The notes beneath the pieces are model-generated. The model was given only the letters and a program-made list of their open reading frames with translations, did no database searches and was not told the DNA's origin. A DNA stretch of 63,914 bases, filler included, from Octopus bimaculoides (Eukaryota), in NCBI RefSeq assembly GCF_001194135.2. It is 5 parts of 5 records of this genome, joined end to end, with 100 filler letters (N's around TTAATTAATTAA, not from the genome) between each part and the next. Parts side by side here need not be neighbours in the genome. Positions count along the whole stretch, not along the records: positions 40,833 to 48,101 come from NC_068984.1; positions 48,202 to 62,810 come from NC_068982.1; 3 more parts are not named here. The stretch is one strand, 5' to 3'. Shown piece after piece: positions 41,162-51,904 of this stretch. A program made the translations under genes and the position numbers. How positions within the stretch are numbered: position 1 is the stretch's first letter; each line of letters begins with the position of its first letter.

Positions 41162-42668
41162 CAAATATATTTTAGATCATATTTTAATTAAGTTAGATAG
41201 TGAATTAAATTTATGGATTTGGAAAAATAGCAAGTCAGTAATAGATTGCTTTAAAGGGATTAGCCATAAACATAACTACAAATTTGACATCGTTGACTTT
41301 TACTCGTCAATATCCAGGCCTTTGCTGCTAAAAGCATTAGACTTCGCCAAGCAGTATGTCAACATCGATAACTTGGAATTAGATATCATACATGCGAGGA
41401 AATCACTTCTTTTTTTACGAGAATTCTACCTGGGTCAAAAAGAGTGAGGATTCTCTTTTCGATGTACCGATGGGGACATACAACGGAACTGAGTTATGTG
41501 TGCTCATAGGAGCTTATATTTTGCACAATCTAAAGCTAGAATTCCCGTTTATAGACGCAGGATTATATAAGAATGACAGCCTTATAGGCACTCATAATTT
41601 AAACGGCCATGAATTAGATAAGCTAAGGAAGGATCTAATTGCTTTCTTGGGGGCTTACGGATTACGATAGATATTAACCATAAAAGTGTAGATTTCTTAG
41701 ATATAAATTTAGATTTACAGTCAGATAAATTAAAACCTTACCGTAAGCCTAATGATAAGCTATCTTATATTAGCAAAGAATCCAATCACCCGCTAGTTAT
41801 TCTCAGGAACTTAGTCAGTAATGTAAGTAGACGAATATCGTCAATTTCTTCGGATGAGGCAGCATTTCAAAATGCTGCACCTTATTACAATAGCGCATTA
41901 AGGAATAGTGGATTCTCTGAGAAGATCCAGTATAACCAAATTAATGCTAGCAGTATTGCAACACGTAGAACTAGAACTAGGAGGGTTTTGTGGTTTAACT
42001 TAGCTTTTAATATGGCCGTAAAAACAAATATAGGTAGGGAATTCTTAAAATTAGTTTCTAGACATTTTCAACCTAACCATAAGGTTTATACAATATTTAA
42101 TAGAAGAACGCTTAAGATCAGCTATTCTTGTTGCAAAAACTTCGCCTCTTTCATTAACCAACACAACAATAAGATAATTGCAAATAACCATAGTGCCGAT
42201 TCTTTTCCTAAGAACTGCAATTTCAAAGTTGGGACCTCCTGTCCGTTGGAAGGAAAATGTCTGGAGAAAGCAATCGTGTATAGAGACAAAGTGCAGATAG
42301 AAGGCTCACACGAATATAGAACTTACACAGGGGCTTCTGAAAATTCTTTCAAGATCCGATTTTATTCTCATCGAAATTCCTTCCGATACCCCGAAAATAG
42401 GACAGAGACCAGCTTGGCAAAATATGTCTGGGAATTAAAAGAAAATGAAACCCGGCCTTTCAACGTGACATGGAGAATTTTAGATAAAGCTTCACCTTAC
42501 AGACACGGTGCGCATAAAAGACCCATCAAATGTAATTTATGTCTGTTGGAGAAATTTTGTATTTTATTCCAGGACAATAGCGCTTTGAATCAAAGACACG
42601 AACTCTTGAATTCCCGCAGACACGCAACAAAATTTAAAATGTCGGCTAACAAAATACCATATGGATAG
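41162..42668 (+). mobile_element. Penelope-like retroelement (RT + GIY-YIG endonuclease), inactive
   Basis: FDIVDFYSSI, FDVPMGTYNGTE, GLYKNDSL, DFLDI, PYRKPN, SNHP, WFN...NIGREFL, CPLEGKC, IVY...YTG...KIRFYSH, CNLCLLEK. Frameshifts near 41410 and 41660. Confidence 0.9.
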
Positions 42669-43862
42669 CATATATTTTTTTAATCTTGAACTAGTTTTCA
42701 ATAACACTGTTGGATTTGTATTTTGTAATGCATGGTTTATTTTGCATTGCAAAGATATTGTGTATATTTCGACATATTTCTTAAAAAACCTTCGACTGTT
42801 ATATGTATATGTTATTTTCATGTTTAAGATTTTATTCTATTTCTATTTCATTTTATTGTATTTTAAAAACCCATTTAAACGTAATATTTATAGATAATTC
42901 GCTATATGGTGTTCCATGTTCCGTGTCATTTATCCGATTTTTATTATTATACCCTCAGCAATTTTTAAAAAAGTTGTTTGTAGATATACGTCAGGACCTT
43001 GATATGTTTTATGTGGACGTCTGTATTGAGGGCATGCATATGTATTCGTATGTGTGCGTCTATGTATATATGTAAGTAAGCGTGTATGTTTAAACTTGTG
43101 CACATACGTACATGGATGTATATGGATGCATGTATACACTTATATTTGTGTGGATGTGTAGTTACGTGCATATTTCCATATATTTATATACGTGATCTTA
43201 TATGTGTATTTATATACTAATATACACTTTTGTATAATGGAAGTGGAGAGACAAGTTACTGAAGAGATTGCAAGAGTGCAATGAAATAATTTAACAAAAA
43301 ACTATATAAATTAATAAAGGACTGAACCAGTGCGTGTGTTTATTACCGGCATAATGCCTCTCCCAAGGTTTAATTGTATTGCTTTTGTACATACATATAT
43401 ATGTAATTTTATTTTGTGTACGTTTGTTATACATATTCCGCCACCTATCTTTCTTTCTTTTTTTTTTCTTTCCTCTCTTTCTTTCGCTAGCTGTTACGTT
43501 TAGATCCTTCTTATCTTCTTTTTCTTTCCCCCCTCCCTACGTTTAAGGTATACTTCCTATCTATCTTGTCTGTTCTAAATTACTTCTATATGTATACACC
43601 AAGAGTTCTTCGTACGCGGGCATGGTTGCGTGTATGTGTACATGTGTATATGTGTGTATATTTATGCCTTACATATATATGCCTGTATATGTATGTAACT
43701 ATGTGCATGCATCTGTGTATTTTGATGTATATATATATGTATATTATAGATGGTCTAGTATGGGTGTATACTGTAGTAAAATATCCATGTAATGCAGCGT
43801 GAAAATTTTAATTTCAATATATTAATTGACTTATATTTCGTATATGTAATTTGAATCCACAC

Positions 43863-44185
43863 TTAACTGGCTCCCCAAACTGGTGGCACATAAAAAGCAC
43901 CATCCGAATGTGGTCGATACCACCACCCAGACTGGCTCTTGTGCCGGTAGCATGCATCATCTAAACATGGCCAATACCAGTGCCACCTGACTGGCTCCTG
44001 TGCCAGTGGCACATAAAAAGCACCCACTACACTCTCGGAGTAGTTGGCGTTAGGAAGAGCATCCAGCTGTAGAAACATTGCCAGATCAGATTAGAGCCTG
44101 GTGCGGCCTCCCGGCTTACCAGTCCCAAGTCAAACTGTCCAACTCATGCCAGCATGGAAAACAGACGTTAAACGATGATGATGAT
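43863..44185 (+). mobile_element. Short retroposon or RTE 3' UTR ending in (GAT)n
   Basis: Internal repeat TGGCACATAAAAAGCACC (43884, 44007). The last ~115 bp are homologous to 46491-46612. Confidence 0.75.
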
Positions 44186-45235
44186 TTTGTGGAAGTTGTC
44201 CCTCATCACTTGTTTTAAATGTTTTAGAGTTGACTTTTCTTTTAGGGATTTTTTTTAACCTTTAGCATGGGAAGTCGGAAATAAAAACGTTGACACTTTA
44301 ATAATTGGACTGAATCATTAATCCAATAACCATTGAAATACCTCTGTGCAATAAATGACAATAACACTCATCCTGTGTGAATAGCTTCATGTTCAAGGTT
44401 TTATTCCACACATGATAAATGAACACATACAGTGAATAAACAATGTTCAATAAAGATTTCTGAGAAGAAAAACGGTTTTGAACAACTTGCCATGTTCCAT
44501 GATAACTTTGAGTAAATAGAAATAAATCAAGCTATGAGATTTACTTTCCACAGGCACTAGATGAAGAATACCATGATGAACTATTGGTAGGAAATCAGAT
44601 ATCGAATTTATGTGCCTGGCTCTTTCTAGGTCACTGTGAACCTTTTCGTGTCTCAAAGACGCAATTAAAGAAGAGAGACTGATTTAAACAGGAATACCAC
44701 TTAAATAAACAATGTGCTACTAGCGACCTCCTGCATGCTATTTCAGAGTTATGTATAGTAAATTAGCAAAGGGGGAGTTAATTATGTTTGCCTAGAATTT
44801 TCTGGAATCTTCTAGAATGTTTGATCAGGTGAGATAACTGTCATTGTAGGCTTGTGAATCTGTTTCAATTAGCATTGCCTACAAACCTTATCTCTTCTGT
44901 AAGTTTGAGAACTTGTCTGTGCAACCATTATCCCTTCCTCGTCACCATGATGCAATGAGGAGATGGGGTGTCTGCTTGCTTCTAGGACATGCTGCAAGGC
45001 AATTTCTTCTGCTATTTTGGGAGCTGTAATTGATGGTGCTCTGGAAATAGGATTTGATGCTCCTGCTGCTGGCTTAGCTGACTCATAGCCTTTATCTTAG
45101 CACCCTCAACTGAACACAGTTCTGGTGTGGCTTTTGCAGGCTTTGGGAGTCATTAGGAGAATCTATTTTGATTCTCCTTTATCACATATCATCTCTTGTC
45201 TGCATTACATTAACCACCTGCTCATACTGAAATAG

Positions 45236-45338
45236 AAAAGTGGTGACCAGCCATGGATACTCATCATTTCTACTGTGTCTTATGGTCACCATTGTGGTTC
45301 TTTGCCTCATATACTTGGACATAACTGTATGGGCAGAG
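45236..45338 (+). CDS. Weak candidate exon encoding a hydrophobic helix (KVVTSHGYSSFLLCLMVTIVVLCLIYLDITVWAE)
   Basis: TAG acceptor (weak tract), GAG|GTATAT donor; in frame with the candidate at 46967. Confidence 0.2.
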
Positions 45339-45437
45339 GTATATCCAATAATTTTACTCTGTTTTGATTGAGTCTTTGATTTTAAAAGTGCAGCAAACAA
45401 TACTATAACATTTTACTTTTCATTATTCACATTATTT

Positions 45438-46612
45438 ATATTTGACGGGCGACCAAGTTAGTAGTGGGGATGGGTGCGCTGAAAGTGTAGCTGCTAGAAT
45501 AAGAATAGCCTGGGCAAAGTTTAGAGAGCTCTTACCCTTGCTGGCGACAAAGGGACTCTCACTCAGAGTAAAAGGCAGACTGTATGACGCATGTGTACGA
45601 ACAGCCATGCTACATGGCAGTGAAACATGGGCTGTAACTGCTGAGGACATACGTAAGCTCGCAAGGAATGAAGCCAGTATGCTCCGTTGGATGTGTAATG
45701 TCAATGTGAATACCCGTCAGAGTGTAAGTATCTTGAGAGAAAAGCTGAACATTAGAAGCATCAGTTGTGGTGTGCAAGAGAGACGATTGCGCTGGTATNN
45801 NNNNNNNNNNNNNNNNNNNNNNNNNNNNNNNNNNNNNNNNNNNNNNNNNNNNNNNNNNNNNNNNNNNNNNNNNNNNNNNNNNNNNNNNNNNNNNNNNNNN
45901 NNNNNNNNNNNNNNNNNNNNNNNNNNNNNNNNNNNNNNNNNNNNNNNNNNNNNNNNNNNNNNNNNNNNNNNNNNNNNNNNNNNNNNNNNNNNNNNNNNNN
46001 NNNNNNNNNNNNNNNNNNNNNNNNNNNNNNNNNNNNNNNNNNNNNNNNNNNNNNNNNNNNNNNNNNNNNNNNNNNNNNNNNNNNNNNNNNNNNNNNNNNN
46101 NNNNNNNNNNNNNNNNNNNNNNNNNNNNNNNNNNNNNNNNNNNNNNNNNNNNNNNNNNNNNNNNNNNNNNNNNNNNNNNNNNNNNNNNNNNNNNNNNNNN
46201 NNNNNNNNNNNNNNNNNNNNNNNNNNNNNNNNNNNNNNNNNNNNNNNNNNNNNNNNNNNNNNNNNNNNNNNNNNNNNNNNNNNNNNNNNNNNNNNNNNNN
46301 NNNNNNNNNNNNNNNNNNNNNNNNNNNNNNNNNNNNNNNNNNNNNNNNNNNNNNNNNNNNNNNNNNNNNNNNNNNNNNNNNNNNNNNNNNNNNNNNNNNN
46401 NNNNNNNNNNNNNNNNNNNNNNNNNNNNNNNNNNNNNNNNNNNNNNNNNNNNNNNNNNNNNNNNNNNNNNNNNNNNNNNNNNNNNNNNNNGAAACTCTGC
46501 CAAATTTAGATTGGAGCCTGGTGTTGCCATCCGGTTTCACCAGTCCTCAGTCAAATCGTCCAACCCATGCTAGCATGGAAAGCGGACGTTAAATGATGAT
46601 GATGATGATGAT
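45438..46612 (+). mobile_element. RTE-clade LINE, 5'-truncated, with a gap and a (GAT)n tail
   Basis: GDQVSSGDGCAESVAARIRIAWAKFRELLPLL...KGRLYDACVRTAMLHGSETW...MLRWMC...RRLRWY. The tail lies after the N-gap, so linkage is assumed. Confidence 0.85.
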
Positions 46613-46830
46613 TTTGTTTGTTGTTAACACGTTTCGGCTGATATGCCCTCCAGCCTTCATCAGGTGTCTTAGGGAAATTTTGAACCTGGGTTCTCATTCC
46701 TAAGGTATTTTTTGATGTTGTTGTTGTTGTTATAATTATTATTATCGTTAAAGTCACTGCCTGGAATTGAACTCGGAATCTTGGGGTTAGTAGCCTGCGC
46801 TCTTAACCACTACACTATATGCCCGTGGGC
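46613..46830 (-). mobile_element. tRNA-headed SINE family D carrying a hammerhead-like motif
   Basis: Head GGGCATATAGTGTAGTGGTTAAGAGCGCAGGCTACTAACCCCAAGATTCCGAGTTCAATTCCAGG (A and B boxes), an AT-rich linker, then the hammerhead core. Confidence 0.8.
46626..46668 (-). ncRNA. Minimal type I hammerhead-ribozyme-like motif (this copy appears defective)
   Basis: GACAC-CTGATGA-A-GGCTG(GAGGGCATAT)CAGCC-GAAAC-GTGTT. Core boxes, a 5-bp stem II and a 5-bp stem I are present; stem III and the NUH site are missing. Confidence 0.6.
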
Positions 46831-46966
46831 ATTTCACTTTTGAATTGAAAAATATTCCTCATAAGATATCCAGGAATGTTTGTAGTTGCTGTCGTAAAAC
46901 TAATTCTAATCTTGTACTATTCTTTCTAAAACAGATATGTAATTTTATTTTCTTTGTTCTTTCTAG

Positions 46967-47017
46967 GATTACATCTTGCAGCAACGCAACCGTGTCTGGT
47001 TTTATAAAGTTCTCTAG
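46967..47017 (+). CDS. Weak candidate terminal coding exon (DYILQQRNRVWFYKVL*)
   Basis: Strong acceptor ATTTTATTTTCTTTGTTCTTTCTAG; the reading frame is not established. Confidence 0.2.
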   Translation, partial: DYILQQRNRVWFYKVL

Positions 47018-47429
47018 ACAACTTTTCCTTTCTGGGAATTGTGTTGGATCTAAAAATTCTGTCACAAATGAGGCAAGATGAGCTTTAACACAATCACTAT
47101 ATAAGATGTTCAAAATGCCTGACCCAGTAGGAATGCTGCCGTTGTTATTGCTATATTCAAAATTATCTGTTACACTGTTTGTATTTTTTTCTTCTATTTA
47201 AGTGTTCCTTAAAAGATTCATAGTTTTCTTTATTCTTTATTCATTTACTTGTGTATGTTGTTTTTGTTTTGTCTTTTTCACCTCGCTTGTCATTGCAAAA
47301 TTTCATCTTATGTCTAGTAGCCATTTTGAATGAGAAAATATAGCCAGCATGTGTAAGAAATAATATAAATTCTATAAAAATAATTTTTTTCTTTTCTATC
47401 CTTGAGTATCAGAATCAGGCCTTCCTTAA

Positions 47430-47649
47430 CCCTTTAGTGTTTAAACTGGCTATATCCGGCCCAAATATTCTACTCATTTTATGCTCAAACTGGCCAGAAC
47501 CAGTATCTCACACCTACCCTGCAATGTTGTTCTAAAAATAAGCAATTACATCTTTCAACTCTTGAAGCTACAAGATAATACCAGATTAATTTTTTAAAAT
47601 TTAAATGAATAAAGATTACTTTTGACATGTTAATTTGAACGCTAAAGAG
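47430..47649. mobile_element. piggyBac-type MITE, 220 bp
   Basis: TTAA|CCCTTTAGTGTTTAA ... TTGAACGCTAAAGAG|TTAA: imperfect TIRs with a TTAA duplication. Confidence 0.75.
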
Positions 47650-47759
47650 TTAAGTAATTCTAATCCTTTTCAGCATGTACACCAAAGAAAATTTCATTTG
47701 ACAAAGCATAGAATAAAGTCACAACTAAGAGTGGGAAAAAAAGCATGACTCACACTACC

Positions 47760-48101
47760 ATCATGATGATGGTGATAGTGATGGTGATGATGATGATGGT
47801 GATAGTGATGGTAATGATGATGATGATGATGGTGATAGTGATGGTAATGATGATGATGATGGTGGTGATAGTGATGGTAATGATGATGATGGTGATAGTG
47901 ATGGTAATGATGATGATGGTGGTGATAGTGATGGTAATGATGATGATGATGAGGATGAGGATGATGATGGTGATAGTGATGGTGATGGTGATAGTGATGG
48001 TGGTGATAGTGATGGTAATGATGAGGATGATGATGGTGATAGTGATGGTAATGATGATGATGATGGTGATAGTGATGGTAATGATGATGATGGTGATAGT
48101 G
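47760..48101. repeat. Minisatellite (GAT)n-GGT-GAT-AGT-GAT-GGT-AAT
   Basis: At least 10 variable 21-33-bp units, ending at a gap. Confidence 0.9.
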
Positions 48102-49574
48102 NNNNNNNNNNNNNNNNNNNNNNNNNNNNNNNNNNNNNNNNNNNNTTAATTAATTAANNNNNNNNNNNNNNNNNNNNNNNNNNNNNNNNNNNNNNNNNNN
48201 NTGTATGGAAATCTTAAGTAGCTCAATTAGTAAGGCTGGAAAAGAAATATCGTCGGTTATGTTTGCATGCTGTGCACTTTGAAACGATATATTAATGATG
48301 TTATTACCTTTTGTTGTAGTGTACAACATGAACGATAACAAAAAGGAAACTTACGTCTATTTCACCACTGAATTAGGCAGGCTGAAAGTATGAGTAAAAT
48401 TGTACTTTGAATGTTTTGTATTGAGGGTATCGGGCAAGTTTCTATTTAAATTAACCAGACCAATTGCTTTCTTGTCGCCAACAGTATTTCTGCATTCGGC
48501 AAATACACAGATTTTAATATTATTTTCAGTTTTTAATATATGAATTTAATTCTACCGTTACTGTTAATCAGGTGTCCCCAGGGTAATATGAAGAAAGTAC
48601 TTGAATGCTTTTTGGGAGAGCTTTCTCTCTTTGCTTCCACATTGAGAAGAAGGTAAATAGAGAGTGATAAAGAAAGAGAGAGAGAGAACGAGAAAGTGAG
48701 AGAGAAAGAACAAGAAAGTGAGAAAGAGGAAATAGGAATAGTGATATACATAACCGTAAAGTTCCTCGAGATGAGAAACTATTTATGTGATGTAGATATG
48801 TTTAGATGAGAGTTGATGCAACTGAAAAAAAAAATTCGAATGGTTGATAAAGATCTGATTTACAGCATAAAGCCTTTCTAATTAGATTTGGTTGTTCATG
48901 GCAGTAAATATGCTAACATCTCCTTAACTAGCGTATTTTGGCATCTCTGAATAATTCACTTAAATGGGGTTTTTTTTCAATAAATATATTTATTTTTCAT
49001 TCCCACAAATTACTACTTCAGCAAACACTGTGAAGTTGTTTCGTTGAGGACACCTTTCAAGAGCGATACGTACACAGAGCTGCCTCTCATTCTTGTTGGA
49101 ATATTAAAAATGATATTTATTGCAGGCATCTTCTGTATAATATAAGCATTGTTTTCCTGAAAAATTTACCGTATTGTGGGATTCCGTAACACCATTTACA
49201 CTCCCCGTTGGTTTTCGTTTTACAGTGGTGCGAAAAGCGCTTCATATTAAAGAATTTCACATTACGACAATATTTTCGGGGACACAACACTTCTATAAAG
49301 TTGGGGAGGCTTATAGTTTCTGAGAAATGCTTTTTTCTCACCACATATATATTTCTAATTATATTGTCGAAACTACAGTAAATAAGTTGATTGTTGTTTT
49401 CTCTATGGAAGGCGATTTTGAGACCTCAATGATTTCTTCGGTAAATATATATCTAAATTTATTCTCATGTCGTTTTTCAATAGTTTCTCATTTAGGTGTA
49501 TGGCCAGCAATTTTGAGAGGAGGGTTTAGTTGGTGTAATTAGCTCTAATACTTCTCTGGAACTTTATTTTACAG

Positions 49575-49935
49575 AATCCGAAACGAAAAGTTGGGAATTG
49601 AACTCAGTATATAAAAAGCCTCCGGAACAAATATTAGAGGACATCTTTTTTGACGCTCAAATGATCCTGCAGCATCTTTTAAATAATCTGATATGAACAG
49701 TGCAACGTGTGTGTCATAGAAAAAACTGACTTGATAAAAAAAAGAAGCCAGAGAGGGAAAAAGTGAATCAGTGACAAAAGGATGCTCGAGTAGCAAAGTA
49801 GTCACCAAATAACAGGAAACGGTCCGTATAAGCCGTATGAATTCTACAAGCTTATAAGGAAAAGAAATAATGCATTTTTCTGAAGAAGTTGCTCCAAATA
49901 TTACTATGAACCTAGGGATGGAATTTGAAACTAAA
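49575..49935 (+). pseudogene. Decayed exon-like segment, copy 1
   Basis: TTTTACAG acceptor; SWELNSVYKKPPEQILEDIFF...NGPYKPYEF...ITMNLGMEFETK|GTACGT; contains stops and frameshifts; homologous to 51045-51438. Confidence 0.45.
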
Positions 49936-49936
49936 G

Positions 49937-50862
49937 TACGTTCAAAAAGTGTTTGGCTTTTGGAAATAAAAAAAACAACAAATTTGTGCATTTTACAAAT
50001 TTTATTTAATCACCTTCAAAATACTCCCCTTGGGAGTTCACAAACGTCACCCGCGGTTCTGCCACTGCTGGTAACACCCCTGGAACGCCTTCTCTGGAAT
50101 GATATGCGACTCCGCTGTCGCTTTTCTCATAATTTCTCCTCACACGACTCCAATCTGTTCCCTTTCAGCGTGGTTTTTCATTTTGGGGAAGAGCCAGGAG
50201 TCCCACGGTGCCAAGTCGGGTGAGTAGGGAACCTGTTGAGCAAGTGGTGTATCATTCTGGACAGGAAAGCTTGAATTACGAGATATGTTAAAAAACTATC
50301 CAACTTTATATTTTGCCGATACTCTCCACATGTACAAATCCTCCGTTGAAATGGGATGAAATGATTCTGTGCTTATTCCCACTTCGAGAGATATTTCCTG
50401 GATTCTTACACGACGAACCTTTGCAATCGGCTCCTCGTTTTGGTTTGTGGAGGCCTCCCTGAGCATTCCTCGCTCTCCACTGAAGCGCGGACAAGTTTGA
50501 AACAGTTTTGCTACTCCTTGACCAGATTTTTACTATGGCATTATTATCAAAGTCATGTTGAATCTTCTGGATAAAATGAGCTTGAGTATCAGCAAGTTTT
50601 TGGCAAAACTTGATGCAATATCTCTGCTCGATACGTTCAGTCTTCTTGGATTAACACGAAAATCTGACGACCACGCAGTACATGTCTATACTCTAGGCAT
50701 AACAGCCGAGAACTGACGCAGCCTACAGTTGCGAAAGCTTTCACGTGTGCACAAAAAGAATGGCATAACCTCCCAACGAAGGGATTTTGCGTACGTGACA
50801 TTAATTCTAGCGGGAAAATATAAAGTCATATAATTTTTGAACACACCTCATATATCGTTGGC
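49937..50862 (-). mobile_element. Mariner relic, internally deleted
   Basis: TERIEQRYCIKFCQKL... and PYSPDLAPWDSWLFPKMKTTLKG. Right TIR TTTTTGAACACACCTCATA. Confidence 0.85.
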
Positions 50863-51044
50863 AATGAGATTTGTCTGGTATGCGATGAGCAACACCTGTC
50901 CCTCAGGAAGCGCACTTCGCTGAAATCACGTGATCTGGCACTCCTACCAGATAGTCCTTGTATACTAATTATATATGTCTTGTTCTCAGTCAGCCCCGTG
51001 TTTTTGTATGAGAAGATCACTCAAAGTGAATACCACTGTAACTC

Positions 51045-51438
51045 CGAAAAGGATAGTTAACGTCAATGAAAATTGAACTCAGTACATAAAAAGCCGGAAC
51101 AAGTATTACAGGACATGTTTTCGGGCGTTCTAATGATTCTGCCAGCTCACCACATTCTTGACCTTGTTGATTAATCTAATAAGAACAAGGCAACGTGTGT
51201 GTCACGAAGAAAGTTAAGAAAATAGAAAAAAGAAGCCAGGGACGGAAAAAGTGAAACTGACAAAAGAATGTGCGAATAGAAAAATGTTCAAGTGAAAGGT
51301 AGTCATTACATAAAAAGAAACGGTCCATATAACAGGCATGAAATTTAGAAGTTCCTGAGACAGAGAAATAATGCAAGATTACGAGGAAGCTGCTACAAAA
51401 TTACTCTGAATCTAGGGATGGAATTTGAAAATAATGAG
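51045..51438 (+). pseudogene. Decayed exon-like segment, copy 2
   Basis: NSVHKKPEQVLQDMF...NGPYNRHEI*...ITLNLGMEFENNE|GTATAT. Confidence 0.45.
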
Positions 51439-51858
51439 GTATATATTTATGCTGAATTCATTCTGGCAAATTTCAACATTAATGTGCTATTCTTTGTTGG
51501 ATTTCTTCTCCGAAGAACAACGTAAAACTGAATAATGTGTTGAGTATACGCATGTTTCAGTGACATCGGGGACTCTTAGCTATCAGTGTTTCGACATGGG
51601 ATGCTACATCAATCAGACATTGCCCAGATATTGCAGTTCAATCACTAGATATTGCGGTCAGCCTAGAATCAGTCTAGGACACCGCCTTCAAGGGTTTGAA
51701 TCGATTATGTAGATTCCTTTATTCATTTTAGTCTAGCGTGCTTTTATAGGTCACATAGAGAACCGTAAGTAAGTAAAACATTTCCGTAAAGTGGGAGACG
51801 CCTGAAAATACGTAATACCTACAGAGAGATATATATATACACAAATATAAATATTCAC

Positions 51859-51904
<46 letters not shown>

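Noticed and set aside
44440-45120. Possible Tc1 transposase traces (ITAPKIAEEI; PIVHHG)
   Set aside because: Only two short motifs and no TIRs; cannot be supported by eye.
46752-46824. Functional tRNA gene
   Set aside because: The acceptor and anticodon stems do not pair; it is a SINE head. The same applies to the heads of families A-C.
48354-48380. Minus-strand 27-nt segment with a good acceptor and GTAAGT donor
   Set aside because: Stops in all three frames; at best a UTR exon, unsupported.
48572-48652. 81-nt AG/GT-bounded open frame (CPQGNMKKVLECFLGELSLFASTLRR)
   Set aside because: Weak acceptor tract and no recognisable protein; expected by chance in 64 kb.
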